Translations under genes and position numbers: made by a program
Notes under the pieces: model-generated
The model's input: only the letters and a program-made list of their open reading frames with translations
What the model was told of the DNA's origin: nothing
The model's database searches: none
Source of the DNA: Octopus sinensis
Taxonomy: Eukaryota
Assembly: GCF_006345805.1 (NCBI RefSeq)
Contig: NC_042999.1
Coordinates: 53,630,001 to 53,694,000, forward strand
Length of the DNA: 64,000 nucleotides
Direction of reading: 5' to 3'
Part shown: piece by piece, positions 1-12,881 of the stretch
Layout: each line of letters begins with the position of its first letter
Position numbering within the stretch: position 1 is the stretch's first letter

Positions 1-1034
1 ACTGGTTTTTCTTTTGATTTCGGATTGTTTTCAGGTCAAATTAATTCGTTTTCCAATTTCTTTTCCTTTCTTTTTTTCAATTTCATTCCTATAATCATAG
101 ATAATGCACATATAATTTTCATGTTTTAAAAATTGCTTATTTACATTTTTTAAGCATTTTCCTCAAGTACCATAGCTTCAAACAGTTCGACTAAACCACA
201 TAAATAACAATGATTAAATACGATATTCCTTGAATTTTGCAACATTTCGTTGAAAGTAAGGTTTTCAGTATTTTAAAATATTAGCGGACATTGACATATT
301 TTGTTACAAAAACAAGCGTTCATAATAATTCTTTTCTCCGGGGAAAGAATTTTGGCGCTAATTTACATATCAGAATAATAGAATCTACAATTCAATAAAA
401 GTGAAATCTTTCTGAGTTTCTTTTACCCCAACTTTCCTGTCGTGATTTATCTTTCTCTCATTTTTACGCTCAAGGAAAACAAAGTAAATCAGCGCTTGCG
501 GCCTGCCTAATGAAGAGTCATATTTAATGCGGCCATATTTCATATTGCTTCATGCCTGATGTATCTACTATCAATTTATCTATCTATCATATATATATAC
601 ATATATATAATTTCTCGAAGACTACCCCTACTCCCATCCAGCTACCGACTTCCTCCTGCCATTATCACTTCCTTGCCTCCTACCATACCTATTCTGCATT
701 TAAATTTTCCTGCATTATGATGATCTCACACGTTAGACTCTTATCTATTCACCCCAGTGAAAGAGGCTCTGGAGTTTATCAATATTTGTTTGCTTCAATT
801 ACTGGATGCATAACTTTGATCAACATCTGTCAACATTATCAAGTAACTCCAAGAACTCAAAAAGCATCTGTCGGACTTGCAACCTCTTCTCACCTCTAAT
901 TCTTTGACTCTTTGTAATGTGAGTAAATTTGCTCTATATACATAGAGTTATACATGATTGTTTATCGTCTAAAAATTGAGTCTGCCTTTTAAATGTATGC
1001 ATGTATATATACTGTGTACATTAAAACCTAAAGT

Positions 1035-1070
<36 letters not shown>

Positions 1071-1076
1071 ATATAT

Positions 1077-1122
<46 letters not shown>

Positions 1123-1473
1123 GTTAATGGTGCTGAATTGAAGATGGCGTGCGGTTTTGCCTTCTTTTTCCATTGATGTAATTTGGTTTTGTTTGGCTTC
1201 CAGCATTTTCACAACTGTTCTCTATAATATTTGTTCTAAAAAAATTAAGACAGAAACTTTAAAAGACATTTTACCCATCTCTAAGTTGTACGCGTTGCAC
1301 AGTTTTGTGGCTGAGAAGCTTGCTTTTTACTATCATGTGGTTAAGGGTTCAGTTCTACTGCACAACACTTTTGGCAAGTGTTTTCTACGATAAACCCCGG
1401 TCAACCAATGCCTTATGCCTGAAATCTGGTCGACAGAAAGTCTGTGGAACCCAATCTTAAATTTATCAGCGTA

Positions 1474-1537
<64 letters not shown>

Positions 1538-1643
1538 ATGTTCGTGCGTGCATGCATGTGTGTTTGTTGACGTCCCTATAACAATGCCTTTCGGCAAAAG
1601 AGACCGATAATATCCATTGCAGATTTAAAAAGAAAAACACATA

Positions 1644-2052
1644 GGCGCAGGAGTGGCTGTGTGGTAAGTAGCTTGCTAACCAACCACATGGTTCCGGGTT
1701 CAGTCCCACTGCGTGGCATCTTGGGCAAGTGTCTTCTGCTATAGCCCCGGGCCGACCAATGCCTTGTGAGTGGATTTGGTAGACGGAAACTGAAAGAAGC
1801 CTGTCGTATATATGTATATATATATATGTGTGTGTGTATATGTCTGTGTGTCTGTGTTTGTCCCCCCAGCATTGCTTGACAACCGATGCTAGTGTGTTTA
1901 CGTCCCCGTCACTTAGCGGTTCGGCAAAAGAGACCGATAGAATAAGTACTGGGCTTACAAAGAATAAGTCCCGTGGTCGATTTGCTCGACTAAAGGCGGT
2001 GCTCCAGCATGGCCGCAGTCAAATGACTGAAACAAGTAATAGAGTAAAGAGT
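1644..2052 (+). mobile_element. tRNA-derived SINE family A (bipartite, internal TA/TG microsatellite)
   Basis: Head GGCGCAGGAGTGGCTGTGTGGTAAG...GGTTCAGTCCC (A/B-box-like), CORE-like TTGGGCAAGTG and tail GGCGGTGCTCCAGCATGGCCGCAGTC...(AGAGTAA)n. Repeated many times in the window. Confidence 0.88.
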
Positions 2053-2168
2053 ATACTTACGTCGACCAAAATAATTCACAACGTTGCCTCAGCATGCCGC
2101 GTTCCAATAATTGAAACTAGTAAAAGGAGGTCAAATACAAGATATGTTCCAGCTTTTGTGATGTTGTG

Positions 2169-2306
2169 TTTTTTCTACACGTTTGAAAATAATTATGCAT
2201 TTTCAGAGATAGTTTTATATTTACATTAAAGTTGTCCACCAGCTTTGTGCAGAAGACGCTTTAGGAAGACCTAGGAATGATGAAACAAGAATCTGGCCTC
2301 GGTGAA
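2169..2306 (+). repeat. Local direct repeat of 4031-4167
   Basis: 138 bp nearly identical, from TTTTTTCTACAC to CCTCGGTGAA. Confidence 0.9.
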
Positions 2307-2390
2307 GCTTCAGGTCAGGATGTAAACAGCCAGAACCAAAACCGCCAACTATTTTACCGAAGCTCTAACAATCCTAGCAATCCACAGCCC

Positions 2391-2403
2391 TAATAATAAT
2401 AAC

Positions 2404-2446
<43 letters not shown>

Positions 2447-2468
2447 TAATAATAATAATAATAATAAC

Positions 2469-2504
<36 letters not shown>

Positions 2505-2522
2505 TATAATAATAATAATAAT
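2391..2522. repeat. (TAA)n microsatellite
   Basis: Direct inspection. Confidence 0.97.
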
Positions 2523-3657
2523 ATGGTGTCGATGGGTGATAATCGATGGTTATCCTTAGCGATGGTGTGACTTTGTTTTCGGTGCGACATTGAGGGTTCT
2601 AGCGTACAATGCCATGTGTGCGTTAGTTACGAATTGTTTTCGTTATTCTATAGTGATAGATCCTTCGTTCTGACAATGATGACAAGATATTCATGACCTC
2701 GAAGCACCTGAGACAATGTGGACCGACCTTGCCAACCTGTAAGAATTGATTACAGACATCTAACCACACTTACATGTCTCGACTACTGAGATTGCACACA
2801 CTGCAAATGAAATGAGAATTGTGAGCACTTGACTAACACACGATATACAGCGTCTTATTTATTTATTTTCTTATGCTGGTCATTTACACCGTGCAATATT
2901 TCGTTAAATTGAACTAAACGACGATTTTCTATGGTTCCTCACAAACTACATTTAATGTTATATATATTTTTTATTATTATGTAGACGATACAACTTTCTG
3001 GTTTCTATTTGAGTAAACTGCTGAAATAAGATCCAAGAGACACCTTTTCTGAATATCGTTCTAATTGAAAACGACATCTCAAAGAGAACCATCACGCTCT
3101 CTTTTCTACTAAACTTCTTGAATATTCTGAAATTTTTTGAAGTGTTTGTCAGTTTGAACTTGACAAGATTAGCAATGTCAGTCATTATCTTTCTACATTA
3201 ATTCGTCTCTATGGCAAGCTTATCACATCTTTTATGCAGAGTCGATTAATCATTGGCAGAGTATTTTCTTTTCCATACTTTCTCAATCTCTCTAGATCCA
3301 CAATCTCAAATATCTCCGATAACACCTGCGTAGAGGTCAATTTATGACAGTTCAGATTACCTCCAGGCATAATCTAATGACAAAGAAATATTCATATATT
3401 TATTTATTTATTACTATAGGGCTATTCTGTAAATCTTAATCAATGTGGGCGGTAATGATCCGGAATAAAATCCTTCAAACTCTTCGTTTACATCCTTCTC
3501 AGTTCAAATTTTGCTGAGACAAATAATTTCTCATTCAATATTAGTATATTGTACAATAAATGTCGTCAAACCTCTACCATCTCCAGAGACCCATGGCTTT
3601 GGGATAATTGAAAACACATTTGAGAGGTGGATTCGTATCATCTTTAGCGTTTTGGCA

Positions 3658-3960
3658 ACGAAGGTGCGTGGCTTCGTGGTTAAAGCTTACGTGAGTTCGA
3701 TCCTCGGTAGTGCGTTGTGTCATTGACCAAGATTCTTTATTTCACGTTACTCCATTCTACTCAGCTGGCAAAAATGAATAATACATGTTCATCAAAGGGC
3801 CATCCTTGTAACATTCTGTGTTACGCTGAAGCTTCCTGAGAACTACATTAAGGGTACGAGTGTCTGTGGAGTGCTCAGCCACTTGCACGTTACTTTCATG
3901 AGCAGGCTGTTTAGTTAACCGGATTAACTGGAACCCTCGTCGTCTTAACCAATGTAGTTC
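3658..3960 (+). mobile_element. SINE family E (different tRNA-like head, shared tail)
   Basis: GAAGGTGCGTGGCTTCGTGGTTAAAGC...GAGTTCGATCC head and a tail shared with 28175-28356. A decayed head also lies at about 55095-55240. Confidence 0.75.
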
Positions 3961-4167
3961 CACTGTGTTGAGAAAAATTCATTCAGTTCAGAGTGTCAAT
4001 TGCATTCTTTCTGCAATTGCACGAAAACAATTTTTTCTACACATTTGAAATTAATTATGCATTTTCAGAGATAGTTTTATATTTACATTAAAGTTGTGCA
4101 CCAGCTTTGTGCAGAAGACGCTTAGGAAGACCTAGGAATGATGAAACAAGAACCTGGCCTCGGTGAA

Positions 4168-4503
4168 TTCCTCTCAAGACATAGCCATGTGGTGAGAGGA
4201 ATCCTGTGGGGTTTGAACAACTCAACTCTGGAAATTTGGGTGTTTTCTTCAATACCCTTAAACAAACCTTATTCAGGGACCTATTGAGTAGCATCGGCTA
4301 CTCGACCTGAGAAAAATTCTAACGGAGCTCCGCCTGCGAGACCATGTGCTGTTTATCTTGATATGAGGTTCCCATGTCGCGCACATATGGTTGGGATGCA
4401 TGTGTCTTGTGTATCCTTATCAAACGGGTAGTCATGATGGGTATATTGGGCTTCGTATATATGTACCCCAGTCTCACTTTCGTGGCATGCACTACTCTCT
4501 TAC
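4168..4503 (+). mobile_element. Non-coding TAA-tailed interspersed repeat, 5'-truncated, unclassified
   Basis: No meaningful ORF. Ends CTCTTACTC directly followed by (AAT)n in the same phase as the Dong 3' ends, and resembles an abundant octopus repeat as I recall it. Its left edge coincides with the break of the 2169/4031 duplication. Confidence 0.45.
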
Positions 4504-4505
4504 TC

Positions 4506-4540
<35 letters not shown>

Positions 4541-4592
4541 TAATAATAATAATAATAATAATAACAATAACAATAACAATAATAATAATAAC

Positions 4593-4629
<37 letters not shown>

Positions 4630-4667
4630 TAATAATAATAATAATAATGATGATAATAATAATAATA

Positions 4668-4736
<69 letters not shown>
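4504..4736. repeat. (TAA)n microsatellite with CAA/TGA variants
   Basis: Direct inspection; left flank of the Dong element. Confidence 0.97.
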
Positions 4737-7700
4737 GGAGACACCGGGGATGTTTAAGATGTAAGAAGGAAAATACAGAGCTCCGAAATCTATCCACAAA
4801 CATCGAAAACAAGGACACCCTATGGAGCCAAAGATTTACTAACAAAGAATTGGACTATATCCGAGTAAGTAATACTAATTGAAATTTATTACTATTTTCG
4901 AAACGAAATGATGTATTTTGACTCGATATTATCTCCACCTCTAACACAACACATGTAAACATGCGTGGAACAACACGATCATCCCTGACCTCAAACACCA
5001 TGTACAAAGGAACTACGAAGAAATTAAATGCCACCGATACTATTCAACCCAAGAATAACAATCGAGCGGTACGTACATTAAACCTACAACAAAAAATGTA
5101 CGAAAAACTACACGTGCGAAATAATGTGACAACAGAAATAAACGGACCGGTACCCAACGAAAATGACGACCGTCAAAATAATGGGCCGGACGTTGTACCT
5201 CATGTCCCGAAAATAAAACCCAAAAGACGTAAATGGACACGTGAGGAATACATTTCTATCTTACACGCATACTTCACAGCAAAGCTCTACCCACAAATGG
5301 AAAATACAACAACACATAAAATATGGAAGGAAAATAATAGAGATATAGACTTGGATACAGCAATGAACCCTAATAAATTAGCTAACGTACGAAGATGCAT
5401 TCCCAAAGCCAAAAAATATCAGAAATAGAAATAGAACATTTAAAAGAAAAAATACACCAGGAAAATGTAGATAGAAGCCACACAACAATGCCCAATAATA
5501 TAAACACTGAAACTGTAAAACACGAAGACAAACGCAACATTCCCAACAAACACGATGTAAACAACGAAGGGGAGCCTAATGATTATGATAATATAAAAAA
5601 TAAAATAATCAAAGAACTGAAAACCACAGAGCCCAAAATGGACCACCGACCATACCTCCCAAGAATAAAAATAAACGCAATAACAACACCAATTATAAAC
5701 ATAAACCTAGCCGTCACTGAACTAGCCACTGAAACAAAAAAAAGTGATATCACTGAACTAAATGACTTGATATACGCAGCAGCCACTGCAGCCACAAAAG
5801 AAGCTGGATACTCACCCAAACCCGCCCAAACAGGAGTACCACCACCCAAACAAACCCTGTGGATAAATAACATCCAAAACAAAATTTAAAAAATTAGAAA
5901 AGACCTGTCGATTCTTAATGAAATCAGCAAACAAGCAACGCTACTAAGCAACAAAAAGAGAACAAAAATGCTCCGCAAATATAACATCACAGAAAAAGAT
6001 TTGCCGGAGATAAAAGAAAAGCTGAAGCAAGATATCCTTGCCAAAGCTCAAAGGATCCGCCGGTACGAGAAACGCCAACGCTTCTTTGAACAGAACAAAA
6101 AGTTCAACTCCGACCCCAAAAAGTTCTACCAAGAACTGGGCAAAAATAAAATAGAAGTCACTGCAGCACCAACGGCAGAAGAATTGGAAGAATTCTGGAG
6201 AGAAATATGGTCGGCGAACGAACAGCCAAAAAAAAGGAGTATGAAAATAACAAACTCGGCATCTGAACAACTTTGGACCCCCATAACAACTGAAGAGGTC
6301 ACCCAGGCACTGCAAAAACTAAGCAACGGGAAGGCACCTGGGCATGACAAGATCCCCAAGTTCTGGTTGAAATATCTAACAGGAATGCACAAAAAGCTGG
6401 CTGAAAACTTTAACAGCATACTAGCAGAGCCAGAGACAATGCCTGAATGGCTCACGAAGGGGAAAACCATCTTAATTCCCAAATCAAATGAAACAACAAA
6501 ACCAGAAAACTACAGACCAATAACCTGCCTCCCTACTATGTTCAAGGCATTTACTGCAGTGATATCGCAAAGGCTGAACAAGCACCTGGACGAAAACAAA
6601 CTGTTCCCAGAAGAGCAGAAAGGATGCCGCAAGGGCTCATATGGCTGTAAAGATCAACTAATGATTAATAAAGCCGTAACTGAAGACAGCCACAGAAAGA
6701 AGAAAGGCCTCAGTATGGCCTGGATTGACTACAAAAAGGCGTTTGATAGCATCCCCCACACATGGATCCTCGAAACACTAGCCATTAACAAAGTAGCACC
6801 AACAATCATAAAATTCATAGAGCACTCTATGAATAAATGGCAAACAGTCCTACTCCAAACAAAAGAGGGACTCATGAAAACCAAAGACATCCCCATTAGA
6901 AGAGGAATATTCCAGGGAGACACGCTCTCTCCACTCCTTTTCTGCTTGGCACTGTCACCTCTATCTGATATGCTAACTAGAACTGGATGCGGATATAAAT
7001 GTTACGGCAAAACGATCAACCACCTTTTATATATGGATGACCTAAAACTATACGCTGCAAATGACAAACAGCTGGAAACACTATTAAAGACAGTTCATGG
7101 ATTTCCCAAAGAAATAGATATGAAATTTGGATTAGAAAAATGCGCCAAAGTAACCATGAAAAGAGGAAAACTAGTTAAGAGTAACAACATCACACTAGAT
7201 AAAACCAATGAAATAAAAGAATTAGACCAAAGCCAAACTTACAAATACTTAGGAATCCATGAACTAGATAAGACACAACACACACAAATGAAAGAGAAAA
7301 TAAAAAAAGAATATTATAGACGAGTTAGATCAATACTAAAAACAGAGCTCAATGCTAAAAACAAGATAATAGGTATCAACACTTTAGCTGTCCCAGTTAT
7401 AAGTTACAGCTACAATATCCTTAACTGGACACGAAATGAACTGTCCAAAATAGATAGGAAAACAAGAAAAATACTGACAGGATCTAGGAAGCATCACCCA
7501 AAATCTGACATAGAAAGACTATATATACAACGTATAGAAGGTGGTAGAGGCCTTATACAGCTGGAAAACTACTATAAAATAACCACCATAGGACTGCAAA
7601 AATACCTACTTCAGAAGGAAGGAAAACTGATCCAGATAGCAGCAAAACACGAGCAAAACAAAAAACTGTTCTCGGTATTTAAGGAAGCTGACAAATACAA

Positions 7701-8682
7701 ACAAGAAATCTTACCACCTAATAAACACAAAGAAGAAGAAGATGATGAAGAAACAACAAAAGCTATAAAACAAATGAAATCCAAACTAAAAATAGAACAG
7801 CAACGAGCCATGATAAAACGATGGCAAGAAAAGCCCCTTCATGGTAAATACTGCACTAAACTAAACGCAAAAGAAATAGACAAAGAAAAATCCCAGCAAT
7901 GGTTGAGAAGCTCAGGTCTCAAAGCAGAAACAGAGGGATTTTTAATTGCAGCACAAGACCAAAGCCTCCCCACCGGAAATTACCAAAAACATGTAATGAA
8001 AAGAAATATTACAAGTAACTGCAGAATATGTGGAGATGGACAAGAAACAATAAATCATATTATCTCTAGCTGCCCAGTCCTGGCTAAGAAGGAATATATT
8101 CACAGACATGACAGAGTTGGAACCTACATACATTGGAAGCTATGCCAACATTATGGAATAACAACAGAAAAAAGATGGTATAGGCACACACCAGAAAAGG
8201 TCACAGAAAACGAGAAAGCAACCATACTCTGGGATATGCCGATACACACAGATAGAGAAATTAAGGCCAACAGACCAGATATAGTTGTCAGAGATCATGA
8301 AGAAAAAAAATGCTTTCTAATTGTTTATCAATACCGGCAGATGACAACGTGTCTCTAAAAGAAATGGAGAAACTCTCAAAATACAAAGACCTGGAAATAG
8401 AGATAACTAGAATGTGGAACCTGAAAACAGAAACAATTCCTATCATAGTAGGTGCATTAGGCATGATAAAAAAATATTCAGATAAATACATAACAAAAAC
8501 ACCAGGACTTACAAACACATATAACATACAGAAAATTGCACTACTAGGCACTGCACACATCCTACGCAGAACACTTTCCATACAATAACCATCAGAGCAT
8601 CACAACAAATCACAGCACATACCCAAGGCATACAGAGCTGCGCTCGGTAGTGAAGTGAAAGCACGCTATAAAAATAAAACTA

Positions 8683-8685
<3 letters not shown>
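4737..8685 (+). mobile_element. Near full-length R4/Dong-type non-LTR retrotransposon (RLE endonuclease) inserted in a (TAA)n microsatellite; family 1
   Basis: Single long disrupted ORF with N-terminal Myb-like motif (RRKWTREEYISILHAYF), RT motifs (KAPGHD, YRPITCL, WIDYKKAFDSIPH, GIFQGDTLSPLLF, YMDDLKLY), CCHC knuckle (CRICGDGQETINHIISSC), RHD motif and PD..D RLE (RPDIVVRD...KLSKYKDL). Flanked by (TAA)n on both sides; the 3' end ACTACTG abuts AATAATAAT. The 5' boundary is tentative. Confidence 0.93.
4961..8588 (+). pseudogene. RT-CCHC-RLE polyprotein ORF of the Dong-type element with three lesions
   Basis: ORF pieces 4961-5428, 5395-5889, 5968-8358 and 8310-8588 join into one protein. Lesions are a frameshift in an A-run near 5410-5420, an in-frame TAA at 5887-5889 (KI*KIRKDL continues into the 5968 ORF) and a frameshift near 8325 (LIDVSIPADDNVS expected). 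Confidence 0.9.
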
Positions 8686-8771
<86 letters not shown>

Positions 8772-8775
8772 AACA

Positions 8776-8846
<71 letters not shown>
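8686..8846. repeat. Compound (TAA)n-(TGA)n microsatellite
   Basis: Direct inspection; right flank of the Dong element. Confidence 0.97.
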
Positions 8847-9040
8847 ACTTTACCCGCCTCGGGACATTGATGGATGTACATTGATGAACTTGAGTGGAAA
8901 AGCCCAAAGTTGGTGGATTGAGAGATTTACACCGTAGAAAATTATGAAATCAATAATAAACAACAGTAACGATACGTTAATAACGGTGTAATAATAAAGA
9001 AAACTAATTTGAAGATAACAAGGACAAGAGAAATCGAAGC

Positions 9041-9080
<40 letters not shown>

Positions 9081-9972
9081 CATAAATATATATATATAAT
9101 ATATATATATATATATAATATATATATATATATATGTATATATATACGACCGACTTCTTTCAGTTTCCGTCTCCCAAATCCACTCACAACGATTTGGTCG
9201 GCCAGAAGGTATAGTAGGACCGAACTCAAAATCATGTGATTGGGAAACAAAATTCTTACCACACTTACCCTATAACTGAAGGAGGAAGCTGGTAAGACAG
9301 TAGTTCCAAGCATGTTTGGCCCATAACAGTAAATTTCAAAGAGCTGACCCTCGAATACCAGCGCTTAACAATCGAACAGCTGCACATCACATGTACAAGT
9401 TCGTCTACTCGAATTCATTTTTCGCTGCATTCGGCATCGTCTGTCTGTAGTCGTGGCGGATCCTCGACAGACGTGGTAGTTCCAGTAGCAATAAAGTTTA
9501 AAATAATGGTGACGATAGCGTTCATTTTAATGTTGCATGTGGTCTGCTTGGAAAGTGACAGCTCAATGTTTGACAGAAAGGGTTATTATAACGGCCATCA
9601 TTTCAAAGTATACTTCCAATCCGAATTCTAATTAAAACGAAATGGATGGATGTCAAGTCTCTGCAAAGTGAAATGAACATGTCATCAAGTAAGTTTGTAC
9701 TGTACAGTGTCTTTTACATGTTATTGGACAGCCAAGCAAACGGGATCGCAAGAAGCTTTCTGATAAAGAAACTTCTAAATGCCTGATAATATATAATTAT
9801 CCTCCTAGGGAGAGAGGGCGAGTATGAGATGGAGACAGAGTGAATGGGAGAAAGAGAATATATTAGAAAGTACAATATTATTGAAAAGGTATTTCAGAAG
9901 ATCGATATATATTCCCAAATATTATTATTATTATTATAATCATTATTATTATTATTATCATTATTATTATTA

Positions 9973-10035
<63 letters not shown>

Positions 10036-10057
10036 CATTATTATTATTATTATTATT

Positions 10058-10120
10058 ATATGTTTGACTTTTGCTTTATATTTGTACAAGTTTTCTCCAA
10101 GTCTCACCCAGAGACCTCAA
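10058..10120 (-). mobile_element. Ultra-short 3' end of Dong family 3 with (TAA)n tail 9922-10057
   Basis: Reverse complement TTGAGGTCTCTGGGTGAGACTTGGAGAAAACTTGTACAAATATAAAGCAAAAGTCAAACATAT-AATAAT matches 53898-53960. Confidence 0.85.
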
Positions 10121-10478
10121 ATATTGAAAGCGTGCAAGTGTGGATAGTAATACATAACGAATTGTCTTCCTGTTTATACATTTTATTCACATCCTTTATT
10201 TCTACTGAATATCATTCATTTTGAAATTGCGAGGCAGACTTGTAGATGATAGTACAACCTACGAAAAACAGTAACCTGATTTTACACGGAATTACACGGT
10301 ACATAATTTGGTCCTTGGTCTCCTACACTTCAAACGTTTTCATTCATTACTCGCAGGTGTGACTGCGGAGTAAGAAGTTTGCTTACCAACGACATGGTTC
10401 CGGGTCCACTACTATACCTTTGAGTAGACCTAAACTTTATGAGTGGATCTGGCAGACGGAAACTGAAAGACTGTCGTA

Positions 10479-10546
<68 letters not shown>

Positions 10547-10550
<4 letters not shown>

Positions 10551-10845
10551 CCTGATCACCGTGACCGACCAGGTCATCAGATGCTGTTACACATCGCTGG
10601 TCACAATGCGCTTCGCATTGTTTTAGCCTTCAAATGACGCTGGCTGAGCGAGCAGGCCAACAGAAGAAAGAGTGAGAGAAAGTTGTGGCGAAAGAGTACA
10701 GCACGGATCCCCACCACCCCCTGCCGGAGATCGTGGAGCTTTAGGTGTTTTCGCTCAATAAACACTCACAACGCCCGGTCTGGGAATCGAAACCGCGATC
10801 CTACGACCGCGAGTCCGCTGCCCTAACCACTAGGCCATTGCGCCT

Positions 10846-10847
<2 letters not shown>
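10547..10847 (-). mobile_element. tRNA-derived SINE family B
   Basis: Reverse complement of GGAGGCGCAATGGCCTAGTGGTTAGGGCAGCGGACTCGCGG...GGTTTCGATTCCC head; tail ends GGTCACGGTGATCA. Confidence 0.88.
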
Positions 10848-10911
<64 letters not shown>

Positions 10912-12297
10912 ATATATATATATATATATTATATATATATTATCGCCATTGTCGTAACTCCACGATATTCCAACTCTATCGCTCTTCTCAATAGAATTTA
11001 CTCTTTAGCCCATTATTTAGTCGATTTATCTCCCTTTCAGTATCTAGTGAAAGAAAAAATTGAAAATATTCATTTCACTGTTTAAATAGCTTCTCTATTC
11101 TATTTCAATGCGCTGTGCCTCACTGGATTTAATCCTTGAAATTAGATCAGCTGAAGAAATTTCTGAACCATAAAACTATCGTATTCATCAGATTCTCCCA
11201 CCGATCAAATTGAAAGGCTATTCAAAAAACGACTTTTCAACACTTATATTGCATTACACACACACATACACACACACACATACACACACACACACACACA
11301 CATGTATGCATGTATGGATATATAAATTGTTTCTACCGTCTAAATATAATTGGGGTTTTTCTTCTCCTTTCAAGTTCTATATAAATCAAAGAATTGAAAG
11401 AAAATACACTGTACGTTAGCTGACATGGAAATTTAACAAAACCAAGATAAAGGAGAGGAACTTAAGAGATGACTCAAAGTAAATATTTAAGAAACACAAA
11501 AGTATTTTACAAACGAGAGTAGATCGGAACAAGCGTTTAAGGATGGATGTAAAACATGAAGTCAGAGAGGTGGATGGTAAAAATTATGGTAAATTTGCAG
11601 CCTTTAGAATTATTGCGCAATCGGTTTCCAATATTCAGAAGAATTTTTTTTACTTTCTTTTTTCTATCTTTTCTTTTTTTCTTTCTTTTCTTTTTTTCTT
11701 TCTTTTCTTTTTTTTTCTTTTCTTTCTTTTTTCTTTTTTTTTGCTCAGATATCTTCAAAAACACAACGAAAAAACTCGTCGCCCATTCCGCATTTCATGC
11801 AAGACTGTAAGTTATTGGGATAATGCAAAATATTGAGTGATATTGTATTTCAAAAAAGCATTAGTGGAAATGTCTAAAATATATACTTACATAATTACAT
11901 AATCTTTTCTTCTTTTACTAGATTCAGTTGTTCTGCGTCTGTGCTGCGACACCGGCTTCGGAGCATTTCATTTCTATAATAGTCAATATATCGACCCCAC
12001 TGATGGTATTTACTCTTACATCATGCTCCGAATGTCGGAGTTATTGGCTCACACCCATGGACAGATCCACCTTAATTTATGCAGCAAAATCATACTTACA
12101 TGCACCCAAATATACACACATACACACATATGGCTGCCTGTTAACACGTCCGCTCTGCAACCAATGGTTTCAGTCCCATTGCATGGTACGTCGACCAACT
12201 GGGATTTCTACAATAGCCTTCAGCCGAACAATGTAGATTAAATAAATTCATTAGATCGAAACTGCATGGAAACCAGTCTTACACACACACACACACA

Positions 12298-12378
<81 letters not shown>

Positions 12379-12881
12379 TGTGTGTGTGTGTGTGTGTGTA
12401 TTTTAGTATCAGGGACGAGGGAGGATACAAAGCCTCATTCGCACTTTTTGAATTCGTTAGTACTGGCGGTCGAAGATGGTTTGTCTGGGATTACTCATAT
12501 CAGACGATTTTTAGTGCTCTCAAATTTAAACCTAACGAAATCTTGGGCTGATGACAGAAATGTTGATAGGAGTATGTATTTCTTGCTTCTCTATATCTAA
12601 CTAATCCCGAAACGGCGTTATCAAGTAATCGATGTACGTGTGATCTTTCGTTATCTTTCCCTCTTACCTACGTGGATTATTTTTGAGTATACATTGTCTG
12701 GGAGACTTTTCTTATAGTAGAGGAAATAGCTAAACTTTTTGGGCTGCTATTTCTAAAAGTTCGGTGTGGGGTAAAGTAAATTTTTTTACTGAACCCTAAT
12801 TATATAACGTAATATATATATATATATATGTATGTATGTATATATAATGGAAAATGTGCGAAATCCTCGGGGGAATATTTG

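Noticed and set aside
620-960. Possible decayed CR1-like 3' end (..VNIIK*LQELKKHLSD..) and ORF 552-899
   Set aside because: Similarity is too weak to call by eye, and the ORF has no recognisable domain.
1644-1720. tRNA-like heads that could be called tRNA genes
   Set aside because: They continue into SINE bodies and lack a complete acceptor stem; they are not tRNA genes.
4319-4845. Poly-Y/I/L/N ORFs here and similar ones at 8666-8907, 9824-10147, 51463-51880, 52477-52935 and 53809-54379
   Set aside because: Translations of TAA, TGA or GAA microsatellites.
9506-9631. 41-aa ORF MVTIAFILMLHVVCLESDSSMFDRKG... with a hydrophobic start, and a nearby GTAAGT donor
   Set aside because: Very short, with no homology or supporting gene structure; expected by chance in 64 kb.
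12301-12600. YI/CV/HT-repeat ORFs here and throughout (for example 29554-30404, 33418-34629, 38775-39209, 47529-47797, 62239-63038)
   Set aside because: Translations of TA, CA/TG and TATG microsatellites.
12547-12625. CTGATGA-CA-GAAA and TTGATAG...CCCGAAAC as hammerhead candidates
   Set aside because: The first has no stem II; the second has a non-matching core and no stem I.
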